A model generated the notes under the pieces. It was not told the DNA's origin, made no database searches, and saw only the letters and a program-made list of their open reading frames with translations. A stretch of DNA of 64,000 nt from a virus. Its lineage: Duplodnaviria; Caudoviricetes. Positions 63,706 through 64,000 of the stretch are shown here, one piece after another (position 1 is the first letter of the stretch; each line of letters begins with the position of its first letter). A program made the translations under genes and the position numbers. The stretch lies in the IMG/VR virus record IMGVR_UViG_2706795703_000001, positions 1-64,000 of that record; one strand, written 5' to 3'.

Positions 63706-64000
63706 TCAACCGAACGCGCCCAGCGCGCTGGCCAGAAACACCAGCGACAGCAGCGCGGTCAGGGCGATATAGCCGATCTGCCGCCAGTCGGCTGCTTCGC
63801 GGGCCCGCTCGGTCACCACCGCGTCGTCGTCTTCCCACGGGGACACCCACAACGCCGGGGTGCCGACGCCCGGCCCCAGGCAGCCCCGGCACAAGAACGC
63901 CCCGTCGACGGTCCAGCGCATGTCGGCCCGGTACCGCGTGGTGTCGCAGCCCCGGCACCAGTCCGCGCGGTCATCCAGCAGGCTCTGGACACCGGGCTCC
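63706..64000 (-). CDS. 5'-truncated membrane protein with two CxxC motifs
   Basis: The frame of track ORF 63706..63921 stays open to the window end (..DWCRGC..FLCRGC.., C-terminal TM). Confidence 0.55.
   Translation of the reverse strand, partial: EPGVQSLLDDRADWCRGCDTTRYRADMRWTVDGAFLCRGCLGPGVGTPALWVSPWEDDDAVVTERAREAADWRQIGYIALTALLSLVFLASALGAFG

Noticed and set aside
1-64000. tRNA, tmRNA or rRNA genes
   Set aside because: No cloverleaf or T-loop signatures noticed in the few intergenic gaps; tRNAscan or Aragorn was not run.

Overview
This window is most of the genome of a high-GC, lytic-looking siphovirus of Actinobacteria. Gene order and content match what I know of cluster B mycobacteriophages; that assignment is from recall, not a database search. 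Left arm, mostly + strand: a putative DNA-modification module (ParB-methyltransferase fusion, PLP-dependent enzyme, P-loop kinase), an intein-split large terminase, RuvC-like resolvase, portal, MuF/protease fusion, two capsid genes, membrane proteins, major tail, head-tail connectors, a 2009-aa tape measure, minor tails, then lysin A and lysin B. Right arm, mostly - strand: exonuclease, SF2 helicase, primase/helicase, family A DNA polymerase and many small ORFs. I saw no integrase, tRNA or CRISPR array. The window ends inside a gene, so part of the genome is missing. Most notable observations: (1) a 300-aa terminase intein whose Endonuclease VII is encoded in a different reading frame while the terminase frame stays open; (2) the MTase/PLP/kinase cluster; (3) a layered cis-regulatory grammar of near-palindromic promoter-operators, a conserved-loop 5' leader hairpin, many leaderless TANNNT starts and an extended C/A-rich RBS; (4) a probable -1 frameshifting tail-chaperone pair about 16 kb downstream of the tape measure start. 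Several start codons were reassigned relative to the supplied ORF track using RBS, overlap and promoter evidence.
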